The translations under genes and the position numbers were made by a program. 64,000 nucleotides of DNA from Lepidodermella squamata (taxonomy: Eukaryota; Animalia; Gastrotricha): NCBI GenBank assembly GCA_047495785.1, contig JBLDXI010000055.1, forward strand, positions 1,922,001 to 1,986,000, written 5' to 3'. Shown here one piece after another: positions 12,854 to 26,000 of this stretch; within the stretch, counting starts at the first letter, position 1, and each line of letters begins with the position of its first letter. The notes beneath the pieces were generated by a model. That model did no database searches. It was not told the DNA's origin and worked only from the letters and a program-made list of their open reading frames with translations.

Positions 12854-14165
12854 TCAACTCAGAAAGAATATTTCTTCCAACAAAGCTGTGTCATCGTCAG
12901 ACTGTGTCTGTTGAAGTGTAGACTGGGTTCCGCGATTTAGAACCTCGGGACCTATTGAGGACGAGTCACTGTTTCGCTCGCTGAGAGTTGCCAGAAGAGC
13001 ACTGATATTTGCTATGTCGTTCAGCTCCATTTCATTATTATAAGTCATCGCATCTGTTTCCTGGTCTTTACTCACTAACGTCTGCGATGCAGGAATCAGG
13101 ACACCGACAGAACGTTGCTGTGGCGTCAACACGCGAGCAGCCTTGTGTTTCTTCGCCGTTGAGGTGACACGAGGCGTTTGAAAACTTTCGCCTTTCTTTA
13201 ACGAGCTAGGCGATGCTTTGTCGTTTTTATTTGACGGCGACGGCCGGATGGGAGATTTAGGCTTCAGCGGTGAAACTTGTCGACGAGCAGGCGAAACAGA
13301 TTTTTCAGACTTGTATCGGTTACACGTAGTATCTCCACTCTCGGGAAACCGTCCATGGCGCGCAAAATGGTCAAACCGCTTTTGCTAAAAAGATTGCAGT
13401 CAACAACAACAAAATGATAAGCGAATGACCTTACGAATTCATTTTGCTTTATTTGCAATAGTGCCTGCTTTTCCCGAAGCAGTATTTCTTGGCGCCTGAG
13501 AGAATCTGCCGCTGACACGCGACTCGTGGAGAATTCAGCGAAACGTATTTTCGGGCAATCAGAATTCAGAAGAAGCCTCTCTTCGCCCTCGCCGCGGGGT
13601 AACACTGTCTCCGTTTGCACAGCAGCTACCTAAAACAGCCGAAGATGGACTTCAATATTCTTCCTCTGGAACTTGACTTACGCATGACTTCTTTACTGGT
13701 TCGTTGATTTGAATATTATCTGGCTTGCTCTGAGTGCCTTGTGATTGTTGAATACTCAGCAACATCTGCAGCTCGTTGATCAACTTTTGGCAGTCATCCA
13801 TGCTCTTTTTAATTGCTACACGAGAAAATTTAGGACATCTATTGCGCTGCCCGGAAAAATTACCGCGTTTTTCTTTCAACAGCTTCTTCATTTCAACTGC
13901 CATAATGCCCTTCTGGTGCTCGAACATCGCTCGTTCCGTTTCCAATTGTCTCGATGCCACATCTTTTTCGTCTGCAGCCCTACATAATGTAAATTTGTGA
14001 TCCGTCAGTTATGAACAAATAGCCGACTTACTGAGCTAAGGTGCGAAGCAAATTAGCTATTCTTTCCCTGTCCTCTGAGCACAAATCTGTTATCCGCGCC
14101 GCAGCTTTGACTGGCTTGCACGATGAACTATCATTTTGATAATGTCGCTTGCCTTCGAATGTCAT
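12854..14165 (-). CDS. KIAA1328: Hinderin / KIAA1328-like coiled-coil protein (multi-exon)
   Basis: Exon 1 encodes ITDLCSEDRERIANLLRTLAQ, matching the remembered hinderin motif DLCxEDKxRIANLI. It is followed by a coiled coil, and the C-terminus LLEEIFFLS resembles the family's EDIFFI end. Introns splice in frame. Confidence 0.82.
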
Positions 14166-14352
14166 TGGGGTGAACGGGCGATTCAGATAAAAGAAAGTCA
14201 CTAGTTTTAAATATGGCCGAAGGTTAGTAGTTAGTAGGGTAGTAAATTATTTGGGGTTTCCCTCCATTCCCCCGTAAATCCACTAGATGATAGAGGATAG
14301 AGTCATAGCCTACGCTTCTCGTCGGGCTTCATTTTTTCATTTGCAGGTTGTG

Positions 14353-14570
14353 TGTATGTATGTATATTTATGTTGGATTCGCGCTAAGGCGTTCTTCAAT
14401 CCAACAGGCGCAGATGGCCGCGCCGAGGTAAGTTGGCGAGTTACCTCTTCTTTGCATAGACTTTGCATAGAATACATCGTCCATATATTCTGCTATCAGC
14501 AGATCTTTCAGAAGTTGGTCTCTGGGTCTCTGAGGATCTTCGGGTTTTCGCAAGATATGATCGATGGCGG
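14353..14570 (-). repeat. Dispersed repeat copy 1 (possible non-LTR retroelement 3' fragment)
   Basis: Its reverse complement aligns by eye to 33457..33647 (gaaaacccgaagatcctcagagacc; caacttctgaaag; aagaagaggtaa-tcgcca-cttacctcggcgcg; gcgaatccaac) and ends in a TACA-like tail. Confidence 0.8.
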
Positions 14571-16040
14571 TAAGTCGTTTCATTTGCCACTTGCTAGTAG
14601 CGCGAAAGCTGAGATATGAGATAAGTAGATTACGATTTCTCCTCGCCCGGACGGACTCAAGCTTTCGCCATAAGGCGGAGCTAGTGAACAAATTCTGGTC
14701 TGGTTTCAACGACAAGCATGGTTTCATCGCATTTTGAAATTTCCGCCCATCCTACTTCACACAAATTAACAATCCTTATCAAATTTGAGCCAAACTTATA
14801 TTTTTCACAGCATAGATTTTAGTTAATATCATGAATTCAAACTCGCGATTTTCGCGGGAGACGCCGATGGAAATCGATCGATCGATTGAGATCGTTTTAG
14901 TCGTTTTCTGCTCATGGCGATGAGAGCAGCTACTTTCGACCAACGACATATAAGACCTATAAGACGTATACCTATTCGGCGAGGAACGAGGAATTAGTTT
15001 TTTTGCGCTGCGAACCGATCAAATGTCTTACACGATGATGCTTGCGGCGTTTGCATCCTACGAGAGGATTTTTAATTCGAGCATTTAACCTTCGCAATCC
15101 GTTATCTGTTACGCGTTGCGTTCACTTGCGAGGTCACTGATAGTCGCTAGATCTACGACATGGGCTAGAATAAGGAGCCAACATCTGAATTCTGTTGAGA
15201 ATTTACAACATGCTGAATTCGCGCAAGGAATTCTTTAGACTTCGGGTAGAGTGGTCAGGCCTCTGGCCTCCGCCGAGGTGGGGTTGACCTCCAGTTCTGA
15301 AATACCAGTCCATCGCCTGCGCTAGTCTCGAGAAGGTAGACGAAGAGGCGCCAATTTCTCAGTCTGTTTGTCTCCCACACTGGTTTGTGCCAGTCTTAGC
15401 TCTTGGCGTAGATTCGAGATGATTTCAGGATATTTTCGAAATGCGAAGGAAAGATCCGCTGATTTTGCTGATGGCTTGGCATGGATTTTTATCATACGAG
15501 TGTCGGTCTTACAAATAATACGTTTACTTTGACAAGGAATGGTTACTCAGAAGTCAAGAATTTGATCAGTTGCATGTTTGGAATAAGGCGAAGTTGAGTT
15601 TTCCCGGGACTTCATCGACTCATCCGATTATAGGTGGAAGGATAAGATTTTTCACCCATTTCTTTGTCGCGACCTCCATATTCCTCGGCAAGTCTTTCAT
15701 GTGTCAACGCGAGGGTTAGTTGACGCTACAGCCTGAGTGGTTTCATTGGCTAATATCATGACTTAAATCAGGAATATTCTGCAAATAATGTATATTTTCT
15801 ATGCTACCAGAAATTTCTTCACGACGTCAAATCTGGCTGATGATTTGTATCTTTTTATATCGCGATTTTCATTGCGATTTCAGCGATCGCAACGCTTTGA
15901 AAGTGGCTTATAATAACGAATTTTCGGTTTTGTCTACCGGTGAACAAACGTTATTTTATCTGTTCACTTTTATGAAATGTTAACGAGTAACGTTCGAAAA
16001 TTTTCCTTTATAACTTAATAGATTTTAAAACAGCTGGATA

Positions 16041-18594
16041 ATGGCAAAAGCTGAAACCAGTCTTAATCAGTCTTCTAGTCCTCAAAGAATTGCGGATGAA
16101 CAGGCGCCGATGTTACCATCTGCTCCTCAAGAAACCAAACTTTACATCAAACGGTGGTTTATGCTACTCATTTTCTGCGCCTACAGTTTCAGTAGCTCTT
16201 TTCAGGTTTGTGTTCATTCGACTATATTTATATTGCTTCAAGTCGGAAAATGATTCTAGTGGATACATCTGAATATTATTGGCAATGTCGTCATGAAGTT
16301 TTACAATGAAAGTTTACCCGAGGATCCTTCGAACAAACAGCTCGCCATCGATTGGTTATCTGTAGTAAGTATTTTAACCAGCTTGAAGATTCGACTTCTA
16401 CTCGACGTGAATTTTCGCAGATTTACATGGTCACATATATCCCCCTTATTTTTCCCGCGACGTTCATTTTGGATCGAAAAGGACTACACTTCTGTGCAAT
16501 AGTAGGATCATCCATGACTGCCATCGGTGCGTGGATCAAAGCAGCTGCTATCGCGCCCGAAAGTTTTGGGCTATTGTTCTGCGGACAGACTGTTGTAGCA
16601 ATTGCCCAGGTTTTCATTTTGGAAATACCAGCTCATTTAGGTTTTTTTTACAACTTCCAATGAGAAATCGGGATTATATACGCTATTTCATAGCTGCCAC
16701 TTGGTTTGGAGAGAATGAAGTTTCGACAGCAACCGCCATTGGTGTATTTGGCAATCAAGTTGGCATCGCTGTTGGATTTTTATTGCCACCTGAAATCGTC
16801 CGCGACAGCGACGATCTTAACGAAATAGCCCAACAGCTACGCTATCTTTTGCTTGGAACGGGATTTTTCTGTACACTGGTGTTTTTCACAGTGCTAATTT
16901 GTTAGTTGCTTTTCGCTGAATGATTTCAGCTCATTTTTATTGTTAATGAAAATGTAGTTTTTCGTGCGAAACCACCGCTGCCGCCAAGTTTATCAACTCA
17001 TGCCAAATCCTCCCCGGAAGAATCGTCTGGAGGCGGCGCAGAGTTCCTGCGTTCGCTTGCTCGTCTTTTCACTAATTGGGGATTCGTGCTGCTAATGATT
17101 ACATATGGTTGTTGTTTTTTGTGCCATATTTTTTATGTTTTACGACTCAAACATTCTTTTAGGTGTAAACACGGGGTCATTCTATGCGATAAGCACGCTG
17201 TTGAATCCAATTATTTTGAATTATTTTCCGGTATGTTGCCATTATTGTACGGGTGATAACTTTAATTTATATGGATTTTACCGCCAGAACGAAGAGGAGC
17301 ATGCGGGACGGATCGGTCTGACAATTGTTTTGGCCGGCGTGCTGGGTTCGGTTCTGGCCGGTGTGTGGCTCGACCGCACCAAGACCTTCAAGTAATGACG
17401 CTCAGTGCTTCCCACCGAGTGACATATGTTTCTTTCATTATTATTTCATCGATGCGCTTGTTGTAAAGGAGACCAGGCGTGAAAAAGAATCAATATCGCC
17501 TTGTTTACATTATTATGCGATATTTTTGCCTTATTGTGCTGTTATAACAATCTTTTCGATAATGTGCGCGCGCTCTCAAATTGACAGTGGCATCTCTGGT
17601 GACTCGTTATTGTTGCTTCGTTAAATTGCGGCCTTTGTTGCCCACCAGTCCGAAATAATAATGAAGAGCGCTGGCGGCTAAACTATTTGCCTCCCCGCCG
17701 TGCCAATCCCATAGTGATATGACACTACGCTGCATTTTCCGTAGTTCCCACTCGCGACGCATGGGCTCATTGTTGCTAATGCCACGAGCCGCTGGCTATG
17801 CAGCATCTGACTGGATTAGCGCCGCCGCGCCTTAACAAGCAAAAATCGATGCTCGTTTGCGAAATTTGCTGCTTAACGAAGCGCGCTCGGCCATCGCATT
17901 CTGGCTGAAATGAATATAATATTGTGTGCTCCACAGGTTGACGACAATTGGGTTCTACATCTTCTCGTTTGCCGGCATGCTTGCCTTCACCCTTTTCCTA
18001 CATTTTCTGCCCGTACTCTGGATCATCTATGTCGTCGCCGGTCTATTAGGGTAAATAATGCGTGAAATTTCAAGATGACGATAGCGATGTTGATGATGAT
18101 GAAAATGAAATTTAAGATTCTTCATGACGGGCTATCTGCCGGTCGGCTTCGAGTTTGCTGCTGAGATCACGTACCCGGAGCCGGAAGGAACGTCCTCGGG
18201 GATGCTTAACGCATCCGCACAGGTCTTCGGCATCGTGCTGACGATGGCGTTATCGAAAATGCTCACTATGGTCAGCTGTCTGATTGGCAATATCGTCATA
18301 ACTGTGACGTTGCTAGTCGGAACGTTTGTGACAATGCTAATCAAGTCAGACATGCGGCGGCAAAACGCCAACAAACAACTTGCAACAGCGGCTTCGAATC
18401 TAACTCAACAGAGGATAGCAGCAGCCGCTGGCGAGACGCCTCTTATGCCAGGTGGGTTTCAGATTTGTTCTGACTCATTGTCAGTGGATGAAGATTAATT
18501 GTTTTTTCTTCCCATTCCGGGTTATTTAGCATCGAATGCCGCGGATGGCGCTGGCGTGGAGCTTGGCGGGGCCCCCAGTGTAGTTGCGCTGTGA
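16041..18594 (+). CDS. FLVCR: FLVCR/SLC49-family MFS transporter (choline/ethanolamine/heme) (multi-exon)
   Basis: Motifs [51 protein letters not shown] and [31 protein letters not shown]. Last exon after an intron at about 18452..18529 ends ...PSVVAL*. Confidence 0.95.
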
Positions 18595-20552
18595 GCCCAG
18601 CTGTTATATCTCGTTCGTTCGTTAGTGTTTACCATCTTGAAAATACGGCGATCTCTCCTATCTCTCTCACTCTCGGTGTTTTCCTCCGACACAACTACCG
18701 TGTGCTACTGTGTGCACATCGTGTCCGTACTCGCAGTTAGAACATGAAATTATTACGTTGATAAATAAGCCCCTTCACTTGCATTAGTCGTATAGTTTCT
18801 TGCCCACCCCACTTACATTCGTCCGTATCCGGCGGCTTTCTTAATCATGTGTTAAGTGGACTGGTTAGGGCTTTTTCCGTCCTCCACCTTCTTTCCGCCG
18901 TTAGCGCCGCAATGCTCAGAGAGGTAGAGAGAGAGAGAAAGAGAGAAAGAAATCAACTAGGTTTTTCCGTCTGATATCGCTCTTCTTACGCATAATGCGT
19001 ACTCGAGAAAGCCGTCTAGTCATTGCACCCTCTCATCGACCTCAATCATGACTCCTTGCGAGGTACACGTCTATTCATCTGAAAAAAAAATCAAAATGAA
19101 TTTTGTTTCGCCTGTTTGCGGCTATCGTATCGTTGCCTGGTTTATCCCAGTTCACGTTCGATTTCGTCCGTAGCGGCTACTCTATGCAGTGTTGTGTTTC
19201 CCGCCATACTCGAAATAATCAAAAAATTCCTTGGTTCTTATATTTTTCTATGCCTTCTTCAGTATTGCCTTTCGGGTGGTTGTTGTAGGAAAACGCGTGA
19301 CGCGAATCTCCTAAGCCTTCCAGCCTTTCGAAAATGTGGCAAGTGCAAGTCAATTATTGAAATGAATGACTGTGGTGGAGGCAATTACTACTTGAAACTT
19401 CCCTTCTACTGTGTTGTTGCATATTACATATTACTATCATTTAATTAAAAGTGGCAAATTGTAAATAATATAATCACGGTTATCGACTTGATGACAATGA
19501 CTTATGAATTATGAAGATTACGTTTGTTAGACGATAACGTGTTAACGAGTTGTTGGTTACGTGTGTTAGTTTTATACGAACATTTTGATTCTGATGAAAA
19601 ATATTATACATAAACCAAATCTACCTATATATTTACTATGAAAAATGCACCATGGGCATTATTCTTTGCGTGTGCAACTCAAAATCCTCTGCCAAACTGT
19701 TTTTACGGGAGAAAGCAATAAAAAATAATTGAAGCCTAATTTGATTTTTGGAGCACAGCTGTCTGCCACCTGTAGCTTTATTTAGCCACACAGTAAAAAT
19801 ACTCGGTTTACACCCAGTTGGAAAAACGGAATTTACCGTGCAGCGTTACCTGCGCGTTCAAGTTGGCAATATGAATGCTGCTGAATTGCTGCAATAATGA
19901 TCACCGTGGAAAAAACACCGAGTGGGGTAATTTGGCCTGAAGACCGGTTTTTGAAACTAGCCGATAGCTGTACAACTTTCATGCCGCAAATTGCATACAA
20001 AAAAACACCCGTTTAATTGTTGACAGGTAGGTCAAACCCGGTCGAAAAACGAACCGTACTATCAAGGCAGAACCGATCGGGACGAAGTGGGATCACTTGG
20101 CCACTCGTGGATGCATCACTCGTGGATGGACCATTTTGGCTGAAAGAAGATGATTTTTTTTATTTACCGCGGGGCCGTAACCCCGGTTTTCGGAGGCGCT
20201 TCTGGTGGCAGTCTGCCTCTTCCTGTCGTTGAATGCCGACAAGTTGTCCATGACCGCTCCTTCCGCTTCCTTTCGCTTTCTCCTTGAAAGTTGCCACTTA
20301 GCCCCCCACTGCACGCCGCTGGTTTTTCACCGCAGCTCTCCCGTGTGCTACCTTCTAGACTGGGGAAGTGGTGATGGGTCACTGCTCACGTGTAACCCAC
20401 ATCGCGAGCATCAAGCAAATATTTCAACTTGTACTGGAGTACCAGAATTTTTATTTTATCCAGCGACTTCGGTTGGCCGCTGTCGTGATGCAAATTCTTG
20501 TGCAGAAGCGGGCGTAGAACCCGTGCCTCACTAGAACCACACTAGCCCACAC

Positions 20553-21337
20553 CAGTGCCGGATTTTCCCAGTTAGAAATTTCTCGGGGCCCTAGGCAATA
20601 TTCATCCTCGGGCGCCCCCAACAACTAGCTTTTACTTTTTTGGTTGCTTTCTTGCATTGAATTGCTCAATTGCTCAGACCACTGTCAGTTGGTTTTATAA
20701 TTGAACATTTTCTTTGCCGCTTTGGTGGTAATTCCATTTAATTTGTACCAATTTATTCAAGCGAAGCGAAAATTTTTGGGATTTTTCCTTGAAAATTACC
20801 TTAAAAACCTCTTGAAAATGGCCCGCCCAAACACAGATTTTTACATTACGCGTTGAAGTTTGGTTCTAACAACAATATTTTTCAAATTGGCAAAATGCGC
20901 GAAAATACACTGATTAACCCCATTCAACCCTTATATGCTGAGTAGTAAACTATGTTTCTGTTTCTACTCAGTCAGTTTCAGAATTTGATTGCATCATTTG
21001 ATATTGCAAATGCAGCCTGCACACAATAGCGCCGTGATGAGCAAGTTTCGGTCAGAGAATGTGAAACAATAAATACTGAAAAGTATACAAGTTCGAGCGG
21101 AGCGAGCCAATTTTTCAAAATGTTGGGAAAAAAGCTTTACAAAGGCCTAAAAATTGATCGTTACAGGAGGTTTAAAAAATCAAAAGGGTCCCCCCTGTGA
21201 AATTTTCCGACGAGAGTCAGAAAATCTGGGGGCCCTTGGGGCATAAGGGTCCCTCCTTAGAATTTTTCTCTGAGAGCCCGAAAATCGCGGGGCCCTTAGG
21301 CAATTGCCTTGTTTGCCTAATGGAAAATCCGGCACTG
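20553..21337. mobile_element. Non-autonomous hAT-type DNA transposon (785 bp)
   Basis: Perfect 16-bp TIR CAGTGCCGGATTTTCC/GGAAAATCCGGCACTG; 8-bp TSD GCCCACAC (20545..20552, 21338..21345); subterminal GGGGCCC repeats; no transposase ORF. Confidence 0.92.
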
Positions 21338-22996
21338 GCCCACACTAGCATACCCTATGCTAGTTGCCTAATCACTACTGTCACCAGATTTATCTGTCAG
21401 CTTTGCGCCGCGAGCGTTTTACACGTTAATAACTGCCAAATTACCCATAAATATCAGGTGACTATAGGTAGCCCTAGATTCCCCGAACTCCTAACTTATT
21501 TTGAAGTCCAAAGTGTCGTTTGGAAGCTGCCATCGACACTAACTTCTGCCGCTAATGTGGCATCGACAGGAATTTGCAGGTGAAAACGCCGCTGTCGCAG
21601 GGTCCCGGGATTCTTATGCCCAAAATCCCGAGGCCTAAATACGATCGGCTGGTACTGTCAATCGATGTAAAATGGAAAAGGAAGACCAATTTGCGAATTC
21701 GAAGAAATGGAGGTAGTGGTGTCGGTGCCAAGTGACAAGGAACAATTTGGACAAAAAGCAGTTTCTTGATGACAAATCGGCGATGAGGTGACTTTTCCAG
21801 CCAAGTTACCCTACACCACGGTTCGATAAAACAAATTTAGTCGCTGACACGACTACTCACCAAAAACTCCAAAATAACACTTCAATAGAATAGGCTGAAT
21901 TAAAAACGCAAAAAATTGGGAAATTTTTAGCAGTTAGCAATTAGTCACATTTCTGTTTCTTCGGGCAACAGGGAGCCAATGCGCTACCTGCAGACTATCG
22001 TTTTTCTATCGTACTTGTATGTATTAGGCTGGTATTTTCGAAAGTGTTTACATTGAGATTCTGGATCTTGGCAAACAGTCGTTTTCACGAACAGGTTCGC
22101 TGATACCGCGTGAAGAATCTAGATACCGGCAATGTGAAGTACTTCAGAGTTGTCTTATTCAGCCTGAATTTGTCGTAGAGGCGGCTTGTTATCAAACTCA
22201 GGTAAAAAGCATGTTTCACTTTATAGTATATCTTTTCGCCAAATCCGATCACTTCGACTCATGAGTCATATTCCATAGGACAAGGCCAAGAAAAAGAGAA
22301 AACTTGTGTGCAAAATTTCAACTTTATTGGATTATAAGCATATTATCATTCCAGCTGAAAAGCTTCAAATCGATCACGTAACAGTCCGTACGTGTAAATA
22401 CGCAACAATGTCACCAGCTATATTACTTTACAAGAATGGACGGGTAGCAGCAACCAGGAGAAAATAGTTGGAAAATTCGGACACAAACTATCAAATTTCT
22501 ATGAACATGGCCACATTATTAGCATATACAAAGTTTGCGGTACTTATATATCGTGGCATAACGTTCACAATTCACCAAAAAGTATTTGCCCAAAGCGGGG
22601 TGACAGAATGTTTCGAGTAACCGGTAGATGCAGATAGAGCCACTTCAACTCACGAAGTTCATACATATCCAAGTCAAGTGTTGACTGACAAAGTATCACT
22701 GCAGGTAATGTTTATGGATGGCTGAAAGAACCCATCACCGCTTGTGCAAAGAGGGTATCAGTTCACACAGATTAATCGAAACATCGCAGCCTCAGGCTAT
22801 GCAGTTCGACCCTACAAACGTAGATTGCTTTGAAAGATACTTGTGAGCAGATAGGTACTGCTAATATCTCAATTTCTCTCCCTCTGGTTATACGGCTGAT
22901 CCGATATTTACTGATTATAGGTACCGTACAATCATTTTGGCATTACACAACACGTGAAAACTGTACAACATGAAATGTATCAAGAAGTAGAGCAAG

Positions 22997-25900
22997 TTAG
23001 TCCACACCTAGCATGGAATGCAGAGTCTGGTCGTCTATATCTTGCTCCGTCGCAGACCGATTCAACTGATCTGATGACTGAGAGTTATTGCGAGTCGCCG
23101 TCCGCGCAGACCGGTTTATTGGCGGCGGCAGAAGCAACGGTGCCACCTTGATTTCACTCAATATCTCCTTCAACCGCTGCTCTGGGTCCACCTCGGGCTC
23201 GGCTGAAGATGCGTCGTTCTGTTCGTCGGCCGCCGTTTCCATCGGACTGGCTGGTGTCGAGGGCACTCTAGTAATGGACTCGGTGGTGGCAATGACGGGC
23301 GTGGAAACTGACGAAACTGGTTTGGTTGCTATCACAGGCGACGACGAGGCGGAGGCAGCCGCTGCGATGATTGAAGGTAACACGGGAAGTTCGACACCGG
23401 GTGGAGGGGGCTCGTCATAGTCGGCGGCATCGGACGAGACAGACTGGGGTATCGAGATCGGCTTGGTATCTTTCGGGGTTTCAGGCCCAGCCGGCGTTTT
23501 TTGCTCTTTGTTCCTATTGCTCAGAATAGGAGTTTTGTTAGTTGCACTGGAGCGTTTCACGCTTGCTTCGAACTGATTCTTCAAGTTGTCCATGAAAAAA
23601 GTCGCTTTAGCTGCTACCTCTGGGCTGGCCTTGAATTTCTTTGTCAATTTCACTGCCTCGAAGAACTTTGGATTAGCTCGCACCTCGGCCGGAGTCAGAG
23701 GCAGCCCGAGGGCAAAGTCCATCAAACGAAGGTACCGAGGAACGTCCTGCAGAACAGCAAAATTTAAATTAAGAAGATGCAAAGGAATATTATGAATTGC
23801 CAAGCAGTGATGAAACGAAGCCTGAAATGCAAAATAAGAAAAATGACTCACAATTTGGCCGACAGTGAGCGACTGTTTCGTAGCGGCTTCTAGTTTTGCT
23901 AGTTTTTCGCTGACGCTAGTTAATGCCGCCAATTGCTCCAGCTCATCTGGCGGTTGTCTCTTTTGAGCGGAAGAAAGCGAGGATGGTTTGGATTTTTGAG
24001 CAGACTCCTTGCGGAGTTCCTTGACAGCAGGGGTCGGACGCGGCGTCTCCGGCACCGGGTCTTCGTTGAGCGATTGCGACTGGGGCTTGCGTGCCTCGTC
24101 TTCACTGGAGGACGAGGATGACGCGATTGAAAGACGTTTTTCGGAAGATGAATGGTGACGTTCAGGTTTTCCCGCACTGCTGCGCCGCTTAGATCGTTTT
24201 TCTTTCTTGCGAGACGAGCGCGACGATGATTTGTTAACTCTGGAGTCGTCGTCATCATCGTCTTCGTCATCTTCGATTCGAGTTCTACTCCGCCGGCCGG
24301 AGGACCCTGAGCGTTTTCTCACCTTGGCTTTGGGCTGCCAGCTGTCATCACTCTTGTCCTCGTCGATAATTTTGTTATCCTCTTCGTCAACCTTCTTTAA
24401 TTCCTCCACCGGTTTTGGTTCCGCTTCGCTCACTTTCGAATCATTTGAGTCAGCTACTGGTGGTGGGGCTGAGCTCGATGAGGAAGATTCAACAACTGAT
24501 TTTTGCACGTCATCCGATGAAGGCGATGAACTATTGTCATTCGAATCTAGTTTTGCTTCACTCGAGTTGGTTTCTTCTGTGGCTGCAGTTGTAGTGGTTA
24601 TCGACGAATCTTCGTTTATCGCTTTAGATTCAGCGGCGACTTGAGGTCCGGATGAAGAAACGCGACTCGAAGCGCGGCGACCCCGCTTAGCTGGGGCGGG
24701 TGCATTGTCGATGGGAGTAGTAGGCGCCGACGCTTCTTCGGCCGATACGTCGACAGTAAGTCTCCGCCGCCGAGTGACACGTCGGTCTGCGTCATGGTCC
24801 TCCGCTGGGGCAGCGGTGGATTCAGCGGCAGTCGAAGGCGCGGCAACTTCGTTGGTGACAACTGGCGGCGCTGATTTGCGAGGCCTGCCCCTACGGCTAG
24901 GTTGCTTCGGCTCCTCAGTTTTCGGAGTGACCAATTTTTCATTTGCCTTCTTTGGACTCGAAGGTTTAAATAACGCCTCGTCGTCATCGGAAGATGAATC
25001 GGAGAAGGAAGACGAGTAAGAGGCCGGTTTGTGCGACGCTCGGCGATCGCTGGATGGCGTTTTCGACGCTCGGAGTACTTCATCGTCTGACGACGAGAAC
25101 TCTGACGCTGGAACGTCATCCACAGTTTTTTTCGGTTTCCTACCACGGCTTTGTTTCCTTTCTGGTTTCGCAATTTTGGTCAATTTTGACGAGGATTGCG
25201 CATTATTAGTGTCATCTGGTGGGGTTCCTTCGGCCTTAGGCAACTTGAGACGTAGGCGAGGCACGTTGTTGTGAGCGGGTGGCACCAGAGCAGCGAGAGG
25301 CATTGCTTCGCCTTCGACATCGGAGTCGTCGCCTTGCAAGCGGCTCTCGTTGTCCTCGCTTGTAATTGTTGTCGAAGTCACCGTCCTCGCACTGCTCGTT
25401 CGGCCGCTGTCTAGCAACGGCGTCGTCGGCGTTGTGGATTCTGGAGCAATTACGCCGGCTTGAATGCCAGGCCGAGGCAGTACACCACGTTTCAGCTCAG
25501 AACGAACTTCTTCAATGAGCACATCCTGTTCGTTCTCTATCTCGTAGAGGCCTTCCTTGAAGCCACGTCGCTTATTATCCTTTGCCAATTTCACCTTCGA
25601 CTCCTCAGTGTACAAACAGAGATCGCGAGCATGTAGATAACATCTGAAACAAAAAGGTCATTTTTCAACTGATCAGTTGAATTACAAATGGGCATCAATC
25701 TGGAACTCAGAAAAACGACTAAATCTGACTAAAAAACGGTATTTAAGATTATTCACGAGATTTAGAGATCTCTTGTTAAACTCAACGCGAGCTCGATGAT
25801 AAAAATTATCTACGTAATAGCGAATTCGCGACTTACGTGTCGTGGGTTCCGTAAAAAAAGACAGCGAATTTGCCCTTTTCGCATACTTGATCAATGCGGG

Positions 25901-26000
25901 CAGGCCAGGCGGGCCAACCGCGAACTTTGGCGAAGACTCGATCTCCGAGTTTAAAATCGCTCGCCTTCGGCGTGGTAGACTTAGCACCGGATGGTGCCAT
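22997..26000 (-). CDS. PSIP1: PWWP + AT-hook + integrase-binding-domain chromatin reader (LEDGF/PSIP1-HDGFL2 family)
   Basis: Exon 1 encodes [21 protein letters not shown]...FFYGTHDT (HDGF-type PWWP). RRGRPRK is an AT-hook. The IBD-like segment [17 protein letters not shown]...[24 protein letters not shown] appears after removing intron 23747..23851. The paralogue assignment is uncertain. Confidence 0.88.

Noticed and set aside
17392-17936. Possible mutually exclusive exon in the long FLVCR intron
   Set aside because: No frame gives a stop-free paralogue of the neighbouring TM exon with valid splice sites.
18650-18950. CT-rich and GA-rich tracts in the FLVCR 3' UTR that could pair
   Set aside because: Low-complexity complementarity only.
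20508-20535. Helitron-like hairpin + CTAG
   Set aside because: The stem is only 5 bp, it is not followed by T, and no 5' TC end was identified.
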